Of a stretch of DNA of 64,000 nt, positions 18,028-27,449 are shown one piece after another. The first letter of the stretch is position 1. Each line of letters starts with the position of its first letter. Source of the DNA: Candidatus Sumerlaeia bacterium (lineage in GTDB: Bacteria > Sumerlaeota > Sumerlaeia > SLMS01 > JANRJK01). The stretch spans positions 384,001 to 448,000 of the forward strand of contig JANRJK010000013.1 in assembly GCA_033764015.1 (NCBI GenBank), read 5' to 3'. A program made the position numbers and the translations under genes. Below the pieces are notes generated by a model that was given only the letters and a program-made list of their open reading frames with translations, had not been told where the DNA came from and did no database searches.

Positions 18028-20562
18028 ATGAACCGCCGCCGCGCCGCCGCATCGCTCCTCGCCGCCGCCTCACTCGCAGCCACCGCCGCCGCGGGACCGG
18101 TCCCCGGAGTCGAGACGTTCACCAAGTCCCCCGTTCCCTTCGAGCATCCCGCACACCTCGAGGTCTGGGCCATCGGCGAGGACGACTATCTGGTGACCTT
18201 CGTCTGGAAGCCGGGCCGGGCGGTCGCCTCGCCGGCGGTCGCCGGGGACTTCAACAAGTGGGACCGCCAGGACCTGCCGATGGAGGGGCCCGACGCGGAG
18301 GGCGCCTACCGGGTGACCGCCCGCCTGTCCGGCGGCGACTGGCGGTACAAGTTCGTCTGCTGCGGCACCGAGTGGATCACCGATCCGCTGAACGCGCCGT
18401 CGGGGGAGGACGGCGGGGAGGGCGGCAACTCGGTGCTGCGCCTCGGCCTCGCGGCGCTCCTGTCCGGGCGCACCGCAGCGCGGGGCGATGGCGAGGTGTT
18501 CGCCGGGGCCCTGGAGCACCGTAACGGCGCCCCCATGTACTTCGATGTCTTCACCCCACGCGACGTGCTGATCCGCGCCCGCGCGATGAAGGGCGACGCC
18601 GGCTCCGCGCGTCTTGAGGTGTCGCTCCCGGGCGGAGGCTCGCGGACGCTGCCGATGCCGCTCGCGGCGACCGACTCGCTGTTCGATTTCTACGAGGCGC
18701 ACTACCACGCGCCGGAGGGCGGGGTGCCCGAAGGCGCCACGTACTCGATTGTCCTCGAGGACGGCGAGGCGGAGGTCCCGGTCCCCGGCGGCCCCTTCCC
18801 GCTGCGCATCGACGCCGCGCGCATCCCGGATGTGCCCGAGTGGGCCAAGCACGCGATCTGGTACCAGATCTTCATCGAGCGCTTCCGCGACGGCGACGCC
18901 GCGAACAACGTCGAGAAGCGCACCGCCGACCCGGTCCGCGACTTCCCGCCGCGGACGCATCCGTGGCGGTCGGACTGGTACGCGGAGCAGCCCTACGAGC
19001 GCGAGGGCGGCCAGACGTTCTGGCGCTGGGGCATGTACAACCGCATGTACGGCGGCGACTTCGCCGGCGTTAAGGAGAAGCTTGACTATCTCAAGGATCT
19101 CGGCGTGAACGCCGTGTACTTCAACCCGGTCTTCGAGGCGCAGGGCCCTCACAAGTACAACGCGCGGAACTTCGTCCACGCGGACGACGGCTTCGGCACG
19201 CTCGGCGGCTACTGGGAAGCGGTGGCCAAGGAGGACCTGCTCGATTCGTCCACCTGGACCTGGACCGAGTCGGACAAGGCGCTCCTCGACCTGGTCTCCG
19301 AGATGAAGAAGCGCGGCATCCGCGTGATTTTCGACGGCGTCTGGAACCACGTCGGCACGGACCACCCCGCCTTCCAGGACGTGAAGAAGAACGGCAGGGC
19401 CTCACGCTTCGCCGATTGGTTCGAGGTCACGAGCTGGGAGCCGTTCGAGTACAAGGGCTGGGCGGGCTACGACGCGCTGCCCGAGTTCAAGAAGACCGCG
19501 ACCGGGCTCCAGAGCGAGTCGCTCCGCCGGCACATCTGGGACGTGACGCGACGCTGGATGGACCCGGACGGCGACGGAGACCCTTCGGACGGCATCGACG
19601 GCTGGCGCCTCGACGTGCCGAACGAGCTGCCGCTGCAGTTCTGGGCCGACTGGCGGAAGCATGTGAAATCGATCAACCCGGACGCCTACATCACGGGCGA
19701 GATCTGGGACCCGGCGGAGCCATGGCTGGACGGCACGAAGTTCGACGCGGTGATGAACTACCAGTTCGCGAAGGCCGCCTTCCGCTTCTTCGGCAACGTG
19801 GAGCGCCGCACCACGGTCTCGCAGTTCGACGCGGAGCTGTCGCGGCTGCGCATGCGCTATCCGCGCGCCATCAATTCGGTGATGCAGAACCTCTTCGACA
19901 GCCACGACACGGACCGCTGGGCATCGCGGCTGATGAACCCGGACATGGACTACGACACGGGCGCGCAGGTGCGCGACGGGCGGAAGACGTACTTCGACGG
20001 GAAACCCACCGCGGACGCCTACCGCCGCCTGCGCCTGATGGCGCTCTTCCAGGCCACCTACCTCGGCGCGCCGATGATCTTCTACGGCACCGAGGCCGGC
20101 ATGTACGGCGCCGACGACCCGATGTGCCGCAAGCCCATGTGGTGGGACGACTTGGCGCCGTACGACAATCCCAGCTACGCGCCGGACGCGAAGCTCCGCG
20201 GCTACTTCCGCGACCTCTTCCGGATGCGCGGCCGCTACGCCGCGCTCCGCACGGGCGACTTCACCCCGCTCCTCGTGGACGACCGCACGGGTGCCTACGT
20301 GTTCTTCCGCGAGGCCTCCGACGACGGCGACGGGATCATCGTGGCGCTCAATTCGAGCGGGGCCTCCTTGGTCACGACGACGGTGCCTCTGCCGCCGAAC
20401 GCGGTGTCGTGGGACGTCGGCCTCGGCGTGCCGCCCGCGATCATCTTCAACAGCGGCGACGCCACACGCACCACGGCGGCCTTCAGCCCCGAGTCGCGCT
20501 CGATCCAGTTCCAGCTTGAACCGCTCTCGGGAGTGGTCGTGCGCGTGCGCGTGCGGCCGTGA
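18028..20562 (+). CDS. Secreted GH13 alpha-amylase/neopullulanase-like enzyme with N-terminal CBM48
   Basis: Signal peptide; AGDFNKW...YKF...DPLN CBM48; WYQIFIERF, GGDFAG, DGVWNH, DGWRLDVP, GEIW, FDSHDT. Confidence 0.93.
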   Translation: MNRRRAAASLLAAASLAATAAAGPVPGVETFTKSPVPFEHPAHLEVWAIGEDDYLVTFVWKPGRAVASPAVAGDFNKWDRQDLPMEGPDAEGAYRVTARLSGGDWRYKFVCCGTEWITDPLNAPSGEDGGEGGNSVLRLGLAALLSGRTAARGDGEVFAGALEHRNGAPMYFDVFTPRDVLIRARAMKGDAGSARLEVSLPGGGSRTLPMPLAATDSLFDFYEAHYHAPEGGVPEGATYSIVLEDGEAEVPVPGGPFPLRIDAARIPDVPEWAKHAIWYQIFIERFRDGDAANNVEKRTADPVRDFPPRTHPWRSDWYAEQPYEREGGQTFWRWGMYNRMYGGDFAGVKEKLDYLKDLGVNAVYFNPVFEAQGPHKYNARNFVHADDGFGTLGGYWEAVAKEDLLDSSTWTWTESDKALLDLVSEMKKRGIRVIFDGVWNHVGTDHPAFQDVKKNGRASRFADWFEVTSWEPFEYKGWAGYDALPEFKKTATGLQSESLRRHIWDVTRRWMDPDGDGDPSDGIDGWRLDVPNELPLQFWADWRKHVKSINPDAYITGEIWDPAEPWLDGTKFDAVMNYQFAKAAFRFFGNVERRTTVSQFDAELSRLRMRYPRAINSVMQNLFDSHDTDRWASRLMNPDMDYDTGAQVRDGRKTYFDGKPTADAYRRLRLMALFQATYLGAPMIFYGTEAGMYGADDPMCRKPMWWDDLAPYDNPSYAPDAKLRGYFRDLFRMRGRYAALRTGDFTPLLVDDRTGAYVFFREASDDGDGIIVALNSSGASLVTTTVPLPPNAVSWDVGLGVPPAIIFNSGDATRTTAAFSPESRSIQFQLEPLSGVVVRVRVRP

Positions 20563-20642
20563 CGAAAACAGGTGACCCGCGGGGCGCGCGCCCCGATAAA
20601 CCGCCTCATCGGCATTCGACGAAACACAGGGGAAAACGACCA

Positions 20643-23201
20643 ATGGCCACGAAGCAACGAACGCTGCGCAGCGCCGCCGCCGCCGCGCTCGCCGCCCTGT
20701 TCCTACACCCGCAGGAAAGCTCCGCCCGCGTGATCCTCCAGATGTTCGAGGCCCGCCACGCGACGATCGAGCGCCTCATGCCGGACATTTTCACCGCGGG
20801 CTACGGCGCCATGTGGCTGCCCCCGACGGCCCGCGCCGACTCCAGCAATTTCAGCGTCGGCTTCGACGTGTTCGACCGCTTCGACCTCGGCCGCGAGGGC
20901 AACCCGACGCTCTACGGCACCGAAGCGAATTTCGACTTCATGATGGAGCAGGCCCGGCGCGCCGCAGTGCTTGTGTACTACGACACCGTCTACAACCACA
21001 ACGGCTTCAGCGACGGCTACCGCGCCGATGTCCAGGGACAGACCGGCTGCCAGCTCAACTGGGCCATCGGCGAGGGCGGCTACCCGGGCTTCGTCATGTC
21101 GGGACGCGACCTCTCGCTCCCGTTCGACCTCGAGTTCCGCAACATCTGCCCCTCCGCCCAGTTCCCGTCGCCGTCCTGCGACACGGACCCGCAGAACTGC
21201 CGCATCTCGAACCTGATCGACATCAACCACGACACGAACTACCGCTGGATCCGCCACCCGGCGGAGGGCGGTAGCATCGCCAACATCCCGTACCAGCAGC
21301 CGAAGGCGGAGAACCGCCGGTTCTACCCAGACCAGGATCTGGCCTCGCCGTACGCGGATGGCGTGAAGCCGTTCAACCGCGCCAACCCCCTTGCGGGCGA
21401 TCCGGTCGAAGAAAACGTCAACCAGATGCTCCAGCGCGGCACGCAATGGATGCTCGAGGTGAAGGGCGCCAGCGGCTTCCGCCTCGATGCGGTCAAGCAC
21501 ACGCCGGCGGGCTGGTTCAACAACATCTACGACCCCGCCGCGCAGTTCCGCGGGCGCGACTTCTGGGGGCGCCAGATCACGCCCTTCTCCTTCGGCGAGT
21601 TCGTCGAGGGGAACTGGAACGTCCTCGCCGCTTACCACAGGAAGGGCTTCATCGACGGATACTGGCGCAACCGCACGGTGCTGGACTTCCCGCTCTTCTT
21701 CTCGCTCAAGAGCGATCTCGGCGGCAACTTCCAGAACATCCTCGGGGCGTCCTTCGACGGCCACGACGGCGACGGCCAGGACGGCAGCGCGGGCGTGATG
21801 TTCGTCTCGAGCCACGACACCGGCTTCACCGGCGACCCGCCGCTGCTGAACAACATCGCCTACGCCTACATCCTGAGCCGCAAAGGCTTCCCGATCGTCT
21901 ACTTCAACGCGCAGGAGTTCGGCGACGGGCGGCCTTTCCCGAACCAGAACAGCCGCGGCGACGCGCTCGGCCAATTCGGCAGCACCATGACGACGCTCGT
22001 CGGGATCAACTCGCTGCTTGTGAACAACATCAGCGGCAACGGCTGGCGCAGCTTGTGGCAGGACAACGACGTGATCGCCTACGAGATGAACAACACGCTC
22101 GTGGTCGGCCTCAGCGACTGGGACGGCCAAGGGCCGACGGGCCAGGGCTACATCGAACGGAGCGTCTCGAACTTCGGCTTCCGCGGCGTCACGCTCCGCG
22201 AAGTCACCGGCAACGCGAGCAACCCGCTCGTCGATCCGGTGGACGCGATCCCCGACACCCTCACCATTCCGCCCACCGGCAGCGTCAACCTGCGGATCCC
22301 GACGACGGTGAACCGTGATGGCGCGCGCCACAACCTCGCCTATGTGATGTACACGATCGAGCCGCCGAAGGGCGCGCTCACGGTGTCGCCGATCGCAGGC
22401 ACGATCGCACCGGACCCGGACACGGTGGAGCCTGTCTTCATCCGCCGCCGGACCCCGATCGACATCGTCACGGCGGACACGCTGACGATCGATTTCCAGG
22501 TCGATCCCGCCGGCACCGACGAGGACAACGCGATCATCCGGTGGAACTACGGGCTCAACGTGGACGGCGACGGCAGCGGCGACTTCGGTATCGCGGCGGG
22601 CGTCAACGATCCCCTGGTGGCTGGCTTCGAGAACTTCACCACGGGACGCAACCCGAGCGCCGGCGATCCGACCGGGCCGCAGGGCGCCCAGTTGCCGGAA
22701 GGCGGCTACCGGCTCGCGGTGGACCTGGCGGACGCGGGAGTCCCGGAGGGCTACAACTACCTCTCGGTGCTCTCCTTCGTGCCGCGGCTGCAGGGCCTCC
22801 CGCCCATCTCGTCGCAGACGCGCAAGGTGGTCTACGTCGACCGGACGCCGCCCGATGCGGCGCTGGTCTTCCCGGCCACCCAGTCCGGCGCGGGCGACAT
22901 CACCACGTCGACCTACGGCTTCGTGGTGGACAATCCCGACGGCACCGGCAACTCGGCGCACTATTTCTGGAACCTCCCGCAGGGCGTCGATCCGGTAGCG
23001 ACCGGCATGCTGAACGACAGCAACCGCGCCTCGCGGACGGACCGGAACCGGTTCCGGTTCACCATCGAGAACCTGCCCGGCGGCACCGACCAGGAGTTGG
23101 CGGTGGTGGTCTTCGAGGAGACCGGGAACTACTCGGTGAACCGCTTCACACTGGGCGTTGACCTCCCGGTGCAACCAGCGACTGGATGGACAGTGCGCTA
23201 A
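20643..23201 (+). CDS. Secreted GH13 alpha-amylase-family enzyme with C-terminal GWTVR tail
   Basis: Signal peptide; ILQMFE, WLPP, GFDVFDRFDLG, DTVYNH, GFRLDAVKH, GEF, FVSSHD. Alternative start GTG 20559. Confidence 0.88.
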   Translation: MATKQRTLRSAAAAALAALFLHPQESSARVILQMFEARHATIERLMPDIFTAGYGAMWLPPTARADSSNFSVGFDVFDRFDLGREGNPTLYGTEANFDFMMEQARRAAVLVYYDTVYNHNGFSDGYRADVQGQTGCQLNWAIGEGGYPGFVMSGRDLSLPFDLEFRNICPSAQFPSPSCDTDPQNCRISNLIDINHDTNYRWIRHPAEGGSIANIPYQQPKAENRRFYPDQDLASPYADGVKPFNRANPLAGDPVEENVNQMLQRGTQWMLEVKGASGFRLDAVKHTPAGWFNNIYDPAAQFRGRDFWGRQITPFSFGEFVEGNWNVLAAYHRKGFIDGYWRNRTVLDFPLFFSLKSDLGGNFQNILGASFDGHDGDGQDGSAGVMFVSSHDTGFTGDPPLLNNIAYAYILSRKGFPIVYFNAQEFGDGRPFPNQNSRGDALGQFGSTMTTLVGINSLLVNNISGNGWRSLWQDNDVIAYEMNNTLVVGLSDWDGQGPTGQGYIERSVSNFGFRGVTLREVTGNASNPLVDPVDAIPDTLTIPPTGSVNLRIPTTVNRDGARHNLAYVMYTIEPPKGALTVSPIAGTIAPDPDTVEPVFIRRRTPIDIVTADTLTIDFQVDPAGTDEDNAIIRWNYGLNVDGDGSGDFGIAAGVNDPLVAGFENFTTGRNPSAGDPTGPQGAQLPEGGYRLAVDLADAGVPEGYNYLSVLSFVPRLQGLPPISSQTRKVVYVDRTPPDAALVFPATQSGAGDITTSTYGFVVDNPDGTGNSAHYFWNLPQGVDPVATGMLNDSNRASRTDRNRFRFTIENLPGGTDQELAVVVFEETGNYSVNRFTLGVDLPVQPATGWTVR

Positions 23202-23281
23202 CCACAAACTTGCTCCGGGGCGGGGCGCGGCACACCGCCGCCCCCCCCGGCGACCGACCGAACCCGACCGAGACACTACGC

Positions 23282-24223
23282 ATGGCCCACCGCGCAACGC
23301 ACCGGATCACTTGGAAGCATGACCTCCAAGCTCTGCCATTCATCCTCCCATTTCTCGCCGTATTCCTCCTCTTCATCGGCTATCCGATTTTCAACAGCCT
23401 GATGCTGAGCGTCCACCAGACGACGATCTACTCGGACTTCTACGACGTGTTCGGCTCGATGCGCTTCGTCGGAGCCGACAATTACACCATGATCCTGCGC
23501 GACCCGCAGTTCTGGTGGTCGCTGGTGCTGACGTGCGCGTACGCGGCGCTGACGATCCTGCCGGGCATGGCGCTTTCGCTGGCGCTCGCGATCTTCCTGA
23601 ACCGGAAGGTGCGGGGCTTCGGCGCCCTCCGCAGTGGCTTCTTCCTGCCGAATGTGTTCGACATCTACGTCGTGGGCGTGATCTGGCTGCTGATCTACAA
23701 CCCGAACGGCGGCCTGTTCATCGTCCTGATGGACTGGCTGGGCCTCGACGGGTTGTTCCAGCGCGGCATCCTGAGCAACCCGTGGCTGACGCTGCCCGCG
23801 ATCGCCTTCGCGATGATCCTCAAGGGCGCCGGCTTCGGCATGATCCTCTTCATGACGAGCCTGAACAACATCAACTCGTCGATCTTCGAGGCGGCGGACG
23901 TGGACGGCGCGAGCTACTGGCAGAAGCTGTGGTACATCACGCTGCCGCTGCTCCGCCCAATCATCCTCTTCCTGTCGATCACCGGCCTGGTGGGCGCGCT
24001 CAGCTCCTTCGCCGAGATCTACGCGATGACCGACAACACCGGCGGGCCCAGCCTCGAGATCGGCGGCGTCACGCTCCAGTCCGCCCGCGTCTCCGGGTAC
24101 CACCTGTACCGCTACTTCCAGGATTCGATGTACGGCGAAGCCGCCGCGATGAGCTTCCTCCTGCTGGTCGTGGCGACGATCATCAGCGTTGTGAACATGA
24201 AGATCCTTTCGCCCAAGGACTGA
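23282..24223 (+). CDS. Carbohydrate ABC transporter permease (MalF-like)
   Basis: Multiple TM helices; FVGADNY; EAA loop IFEAADVDGASYWQKLWYITLPLL. Confidence 0.93.
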   Translation: MAHRATHRITWKHDLQALPFILPFLAVFLLFIGYPIFNSLMLSVHQTTIYSDFYDVFGSMRFVGADNYTMILRDPQFWWSLVLTCAYAALTILPGMALSLALAIFLNRKVRGFGALRSGFFLPNVFDIYVVGVIWLLIYNPNGGLFIVLMDWLGLDGLFQRGILSNPWLTLPAIAFAMILKGAGFGMILFMTSLNNINSSIFEAADVDGASYWQKLWYITLPLLRPIILFLSITGLVGALSSFAEIYAMTDNTGGPSLEIGGVTLQSARVSGYHLYRYFQDSMYGEAAAMSFLLLVVATIISVVNMKILSPKD

Positions 24224-24238
24224 GGCACCGGAACCGCC

Positions 24239-25690
24239 ATGACGAACCAGAAAGACTCGAACCTCGAAGCGTGGGAGGCGCCCCCCGGCAAGACGGCGCA
24301 CCGGCTCCGCGACGGCGCCATCATTGGCCTCCTGCTGGCGATGCTCCTCGTCGTGCAACTCCCCCTGATCTGGATGATCCTCACCGCGTTCAAGACGAAG
24401 GGCACCGCGTTCCGCCTGGCGTTCATCCCATCGCGCGTCGAACGCATGCCCTCCGCCGACACGCCCCCCATCCCGGTCGTGCAGATCACTCCCGACCAGT
24501 TCGTGTTCCACCTCGAAGTGCGCAACGCGACCGCGAGCTCCGTGGACGTGAACCTGGAGTACGCTCCGGAAGGCGCCACGCAGACGAAGCCGATGCGCCG
24601 CGTGCTGGACGGGCTCTGGGTCGCCACGATCCCGCTTTCACAGCGCGGCGAGTACCGCTGGTCCTTCTCCTACGACGGCGGGCCTCCGCAGAAGGACCCC
24701 GGCGACCCGCGCCGCGACGACGGCAACGCCTACACGTGGATGGACATCAACCCGCCCGCCCGCACGAACGCCGGGGCGAACGTGACGACGCCGGAGTTCT
24801 TCGCGTACCGGCTCGAAGACGAACTCCGGGTGGCGATCACGCTGCCCGAGGGCTTCATCGGCGCCTCGGCGGAGACGGACCGCGGGCAGGTCGAGCTCTT
24901 CACCGCGGACCGCGCCGGCCGGGTGTACTTCGCCGAAACGAAGGGCTTCCCAGCGGAGACCTTCCGCATCCGCTACGAGCGCACGTTCGGCGACGCGCTG
25001 GGCACGATGTACACGACGCAGAACTTCAAGGACATCTTCGCCAGCGAGGACTTCCAGTTCGGCACCTACGCGAAGAACTCGTTCCTGGTGGCCTTCGGCG
25101 CGGCGTTCCTCACGGTGCTGATCTGCACGCTCGCCGGCTACGCCTTCTCCGTGAAGCACTTCCACCACCGCGACAGGCTCTTCTGGCTGCTGTTCGCCTC
25201 GATGCTCGTGCCGGGCATGATCTTCATGGTGCCCCAGTTCCGGATCACCGTGGGCCTCGGCTGGATGAACACCTGGCAGGGGCTCGTGATCCCGCACCTC
25301 GGCAACGTGTTCGGCCTGTTCCTGCTGCGCCAGTACATCGGGCAGATCCCGGAGGACCTGTTCTCCGCGGCGAAGATCGACGGCGCGTCGGAGATCCAGG
25401 TCTTCCAGAACATCGTGATCCCCCTGGCGGCGCCGATCATGGTGACGCTGTTCCTGCTCACCTTCGTCACGCAGTGGTCGAACTTCCTCTGGCAGCTCAT
25501 CACGAACACGGGCAACTCGCCGTGGATGACGCTTCCGGTGGGCCTGCAGCGGTTCCGCGGGCAGTTCGGGACGGACTGGGAGAAGATCATGGCGGGCGCG
25601 TGCTTTTCGATCGTGCCGATCGCGGTGCTCTTCCTCATGGCGCAGAAGTACTTCATCGAAGGCATGACCGCCGGCGCGGTGAAGGAGTGA
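24239..25690 (+). CDS. Carbohydrate ABC transporter permease (MalG-like) with large extracytoplasmic insertion
   Basis: PLIWMILTAFK, ~190-aa soluble insert, then NSF...AGYAF, LLRQY...IPEDLFSAAKIDGAS, QKYFIEGMTAGAVKE. Confidence 0.93.
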   Translation: MTNQKDSNLEAWEAPPGKTAHRLRDGAIIGLLLAMLLVVQLPLIWMILTAFKTKGTAFRLAFIPSRVERMPSADTPPIPVVQITPDQFVFHLEVRNATASSVDVNLEYAPEGATQTKPMRRVLDGLWVATIPLSQRGEYRWSFSYDGGPPQKDPGDPRRDDGNAYTWMDINPPARTNAGANVTTPEFFAYRLEDELRVAITLPEGFIGASAETDRGQVELFTADRAGRVYFAETKGFPAETFRIRYERTFGDALGTMYTTQNFKDIFASEDFQFGTYAKNSFLVAFGAAFLTVLICTLAGYAFSVKHFHHRDRLFWLLFASMLVPGMIFMVPQFRITVGLGWMNTWQGLVIPHLGNVFGLFLLRQYIGQIPEDLFSAAKIDGASEIQVFQNIVIPLAAPIMVTLFLLTFVTQWSNFLWQLITNTGNSPWMTLPVGLQRFRGQFGTDWEKIMAGACFSIVPIAVLFLMAQKYFIEGMTAGAVKE

Positions 25691-25695
25691 TCACG

Positions 25696-27129
25696 ATGGA
25701 CGCAACCCGCACGCTCCGCCGCCTCGCGCGCGCCGCCGCGCTGCTTTCCGCGGCGGCGCTGCTCGCCGCCGCCGCCTCCTGCGGCGATGTGATCGGCGAC
25801 CGCGACGATCCCAACCACCTGATCGTCTGGCACGCCTTCACCTCGGAAGAGGGCGAGGTCTTCGGCGAAATCGTCAAGGAGTTCGAAAAGGACTGGGAGT
25901 CCAAGAACCAGGGCGTAGACCTGCGCGTGGACATCGAGTACATTGCGTACAACGACATGTTCACGAAGCTCCGCTCTGCTGCGCTCGCCCGCATCACGCC
26001 GGACGTCGCGTTCATCGACTCGATCAAAATCACGGACCTCGCCTTCGGCCAGGCGCTGGTGCCGATCAACAACCTGGACGGCTTCAAGAGCCGCTACGGG
26101 ACCATCGAAGGGGCCCGCGGCGAGTTCGTGAAGGCCTCCTTCGACGCGGGCGTGGTGAACAGGCTCGGGGAGACCAACCTCTACGGGCTGCCGGCGCAGA
26201 CCACCACCGTGGCGCTCTTCTGGAACCGGACGATGTTCCGCGACAAGGCGCAGGAACTGCGCCAGGCGGGCCTCGACCCGTCCCGCGCGCCGCGCACCTG
26301 GGACGAGCTGATCGCCTACGGAAAGGTCCTCAACGACGCGGACAAGGGCATCCACGGCTACGGCTTGCACGGCTCGCTCTGGTTCACCTTCCCGATCCTG
26401 AACATGTACGGCGTGAAGGTGATCGAGTACGCGGAAAGCGGGCGCGCGACCGCGGTCTGGGAGACGGAGAACGGAGAGGCGGCCTTCGACATGGTGCGCA
26501 AGCTCTCGCAGAGCGGCACCGAGGGCGGCGCCTGGAAGTCCGGCGCGCAGGGCCCAGACCAGGGGTTCCTGAACGGCATCTACGCGATGTGCTTCACCGG
26601 CCCGTGGAAGGTGCAGGAGTACACCAACGCGAAGCTCGACTTCGACATCGCGATGATCCCGGCGCCGGACAAGGCGGAGCGCGAGCTCCTCGACCTGGCG
26701 GCGCGCGGCGACGCCGAACGGCTCGGCGACCTCGCCTGGTCGTCGAGCAATGTCGGAGGCCAGACGGGCGCGATCATGCGCTCCGCGGTGAACCCCGAGG
26801 TCGCCTACGAGTTCCTCGAGTACTTCACGGGCGACCCGGTGCAGCGCCAGTGGGCGAGCTCGCTCGGCCAGATCCCCGTGCGGCTCTCCGCCTGGGAGAA
26901 CCTGGACATGTCGAAGTACCCGTTCATCGTGAAGTTCATGGAGCAGCTCGCGCTGTCGGAACGGATCCCGCAGATCCCGCTCTACGGGACCCTGGAGGAG
27001 ATCTTCAACCGCGAGTTCAACCTGTTCCTCGCGCAGCCGTCGATGACCTCGAAGGAGATGCTCTCGCGTGTGGAGGCGGGGATGGACCAGCAGATCCTCG
27101 GCAAGGTGAACGAGGCGGTCGAGGAGTAG
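25696..27129 (+). CDS. Sugar ABC transporter substrate-binding lipoprotein
   Basis: Lipobox AASC, IVWH, PDV, YGLP...LFWNRTMF...AGL...PRTWDEL, GPW. Confidence 0.9.
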   Translation: MDATRTLRRLARAAALLSAAALLAAAASCGDVIGDRDDPNHLIVWHAFTSEEGEVFGEIVKEFEKDWESKNQGVDLRVDIEYIAYNDMFTKLRSAALARITPDVAFIDSIKITDLAFGQALVPINNLDGFKSRYGTIEGARGEFVKASFDAGVVNRLGETNLYGLPAQTTTVALFWNRTMFRDKAQELRQAGLDPSRAPRTWDELIAYGKVLNDADKGIHGYGLHGSLWFTFPILNMYGVKVIEYAESGRATAVWETENGEAAFDMVRKLSQSGTEGGAWKSGAQGPDQGFLNGIYAMCFTGPWKVQEYTNAKLDFDIAMIPAPDKAERELLDLAARGDAERLGDLAWSSSNVGGQTGAIMRSAVNPEVAYEFLEYFTGDPVQRQWASSLGQIPVRLSAWENLDMSKYPFIVKFMEQLALSERIPQIPLYGTLEEIFNREFNLFLAQPSMTSKEMLSRVEAGMDQQILGKVNEAVEE

Positions 27130-27146
27130 CCGGGGCCGGCCGCGAC

Positions 27147-27449
27147 ATGGAAACAGGATTCGCGGACGCGGCGGTGGAGTACGCGTCGTTCATCTTCCTC
27201 GGGCTCTCGTTGACGATCGGGTACATCGTCTGGCGCATTGTCGGAACGAAGCGCGGCGGACCCTCCGGAGAAGCGGCGGACGACGCGCTCCGCGCGGAGT
27301 TGGAGCGTGTCCGCAAGGAGGGCGCCGGCGGCGGGGCGAGCGGCCTCGAGGGGCCGGGCCTTTCGCCCGAAGAGCGCGCCGCGCTCCGCGCCGCCCGCAA
27401 GGCACAGGAGCCCGCACCGGATTATGGCCCAGACGATTCGCCAAAGTAG
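27147..27449 (+). CDS. Small single-TM hypothetical protein
   Basis: METGFAD..., one hydrophobic helix then charged tail; fills the gap between SBP and next gene. Confidence 0.55.
   Translation: METGFADAAVEYASFIFLGLSLTIGYIVWRIVGTKRGGPSGEAADDALRAELERVRKEGAGGGASGLEGPGLSPEERAALRAARKAQEPAPDYGPDDSPK

Noticed and set aside
23515..27129. 1204-aa ORF suggesting a permease-SBP fusion
   Set aside because: The first ~725 aa are an off-frame read of the permeases; the real lipoprotein starts at 25696
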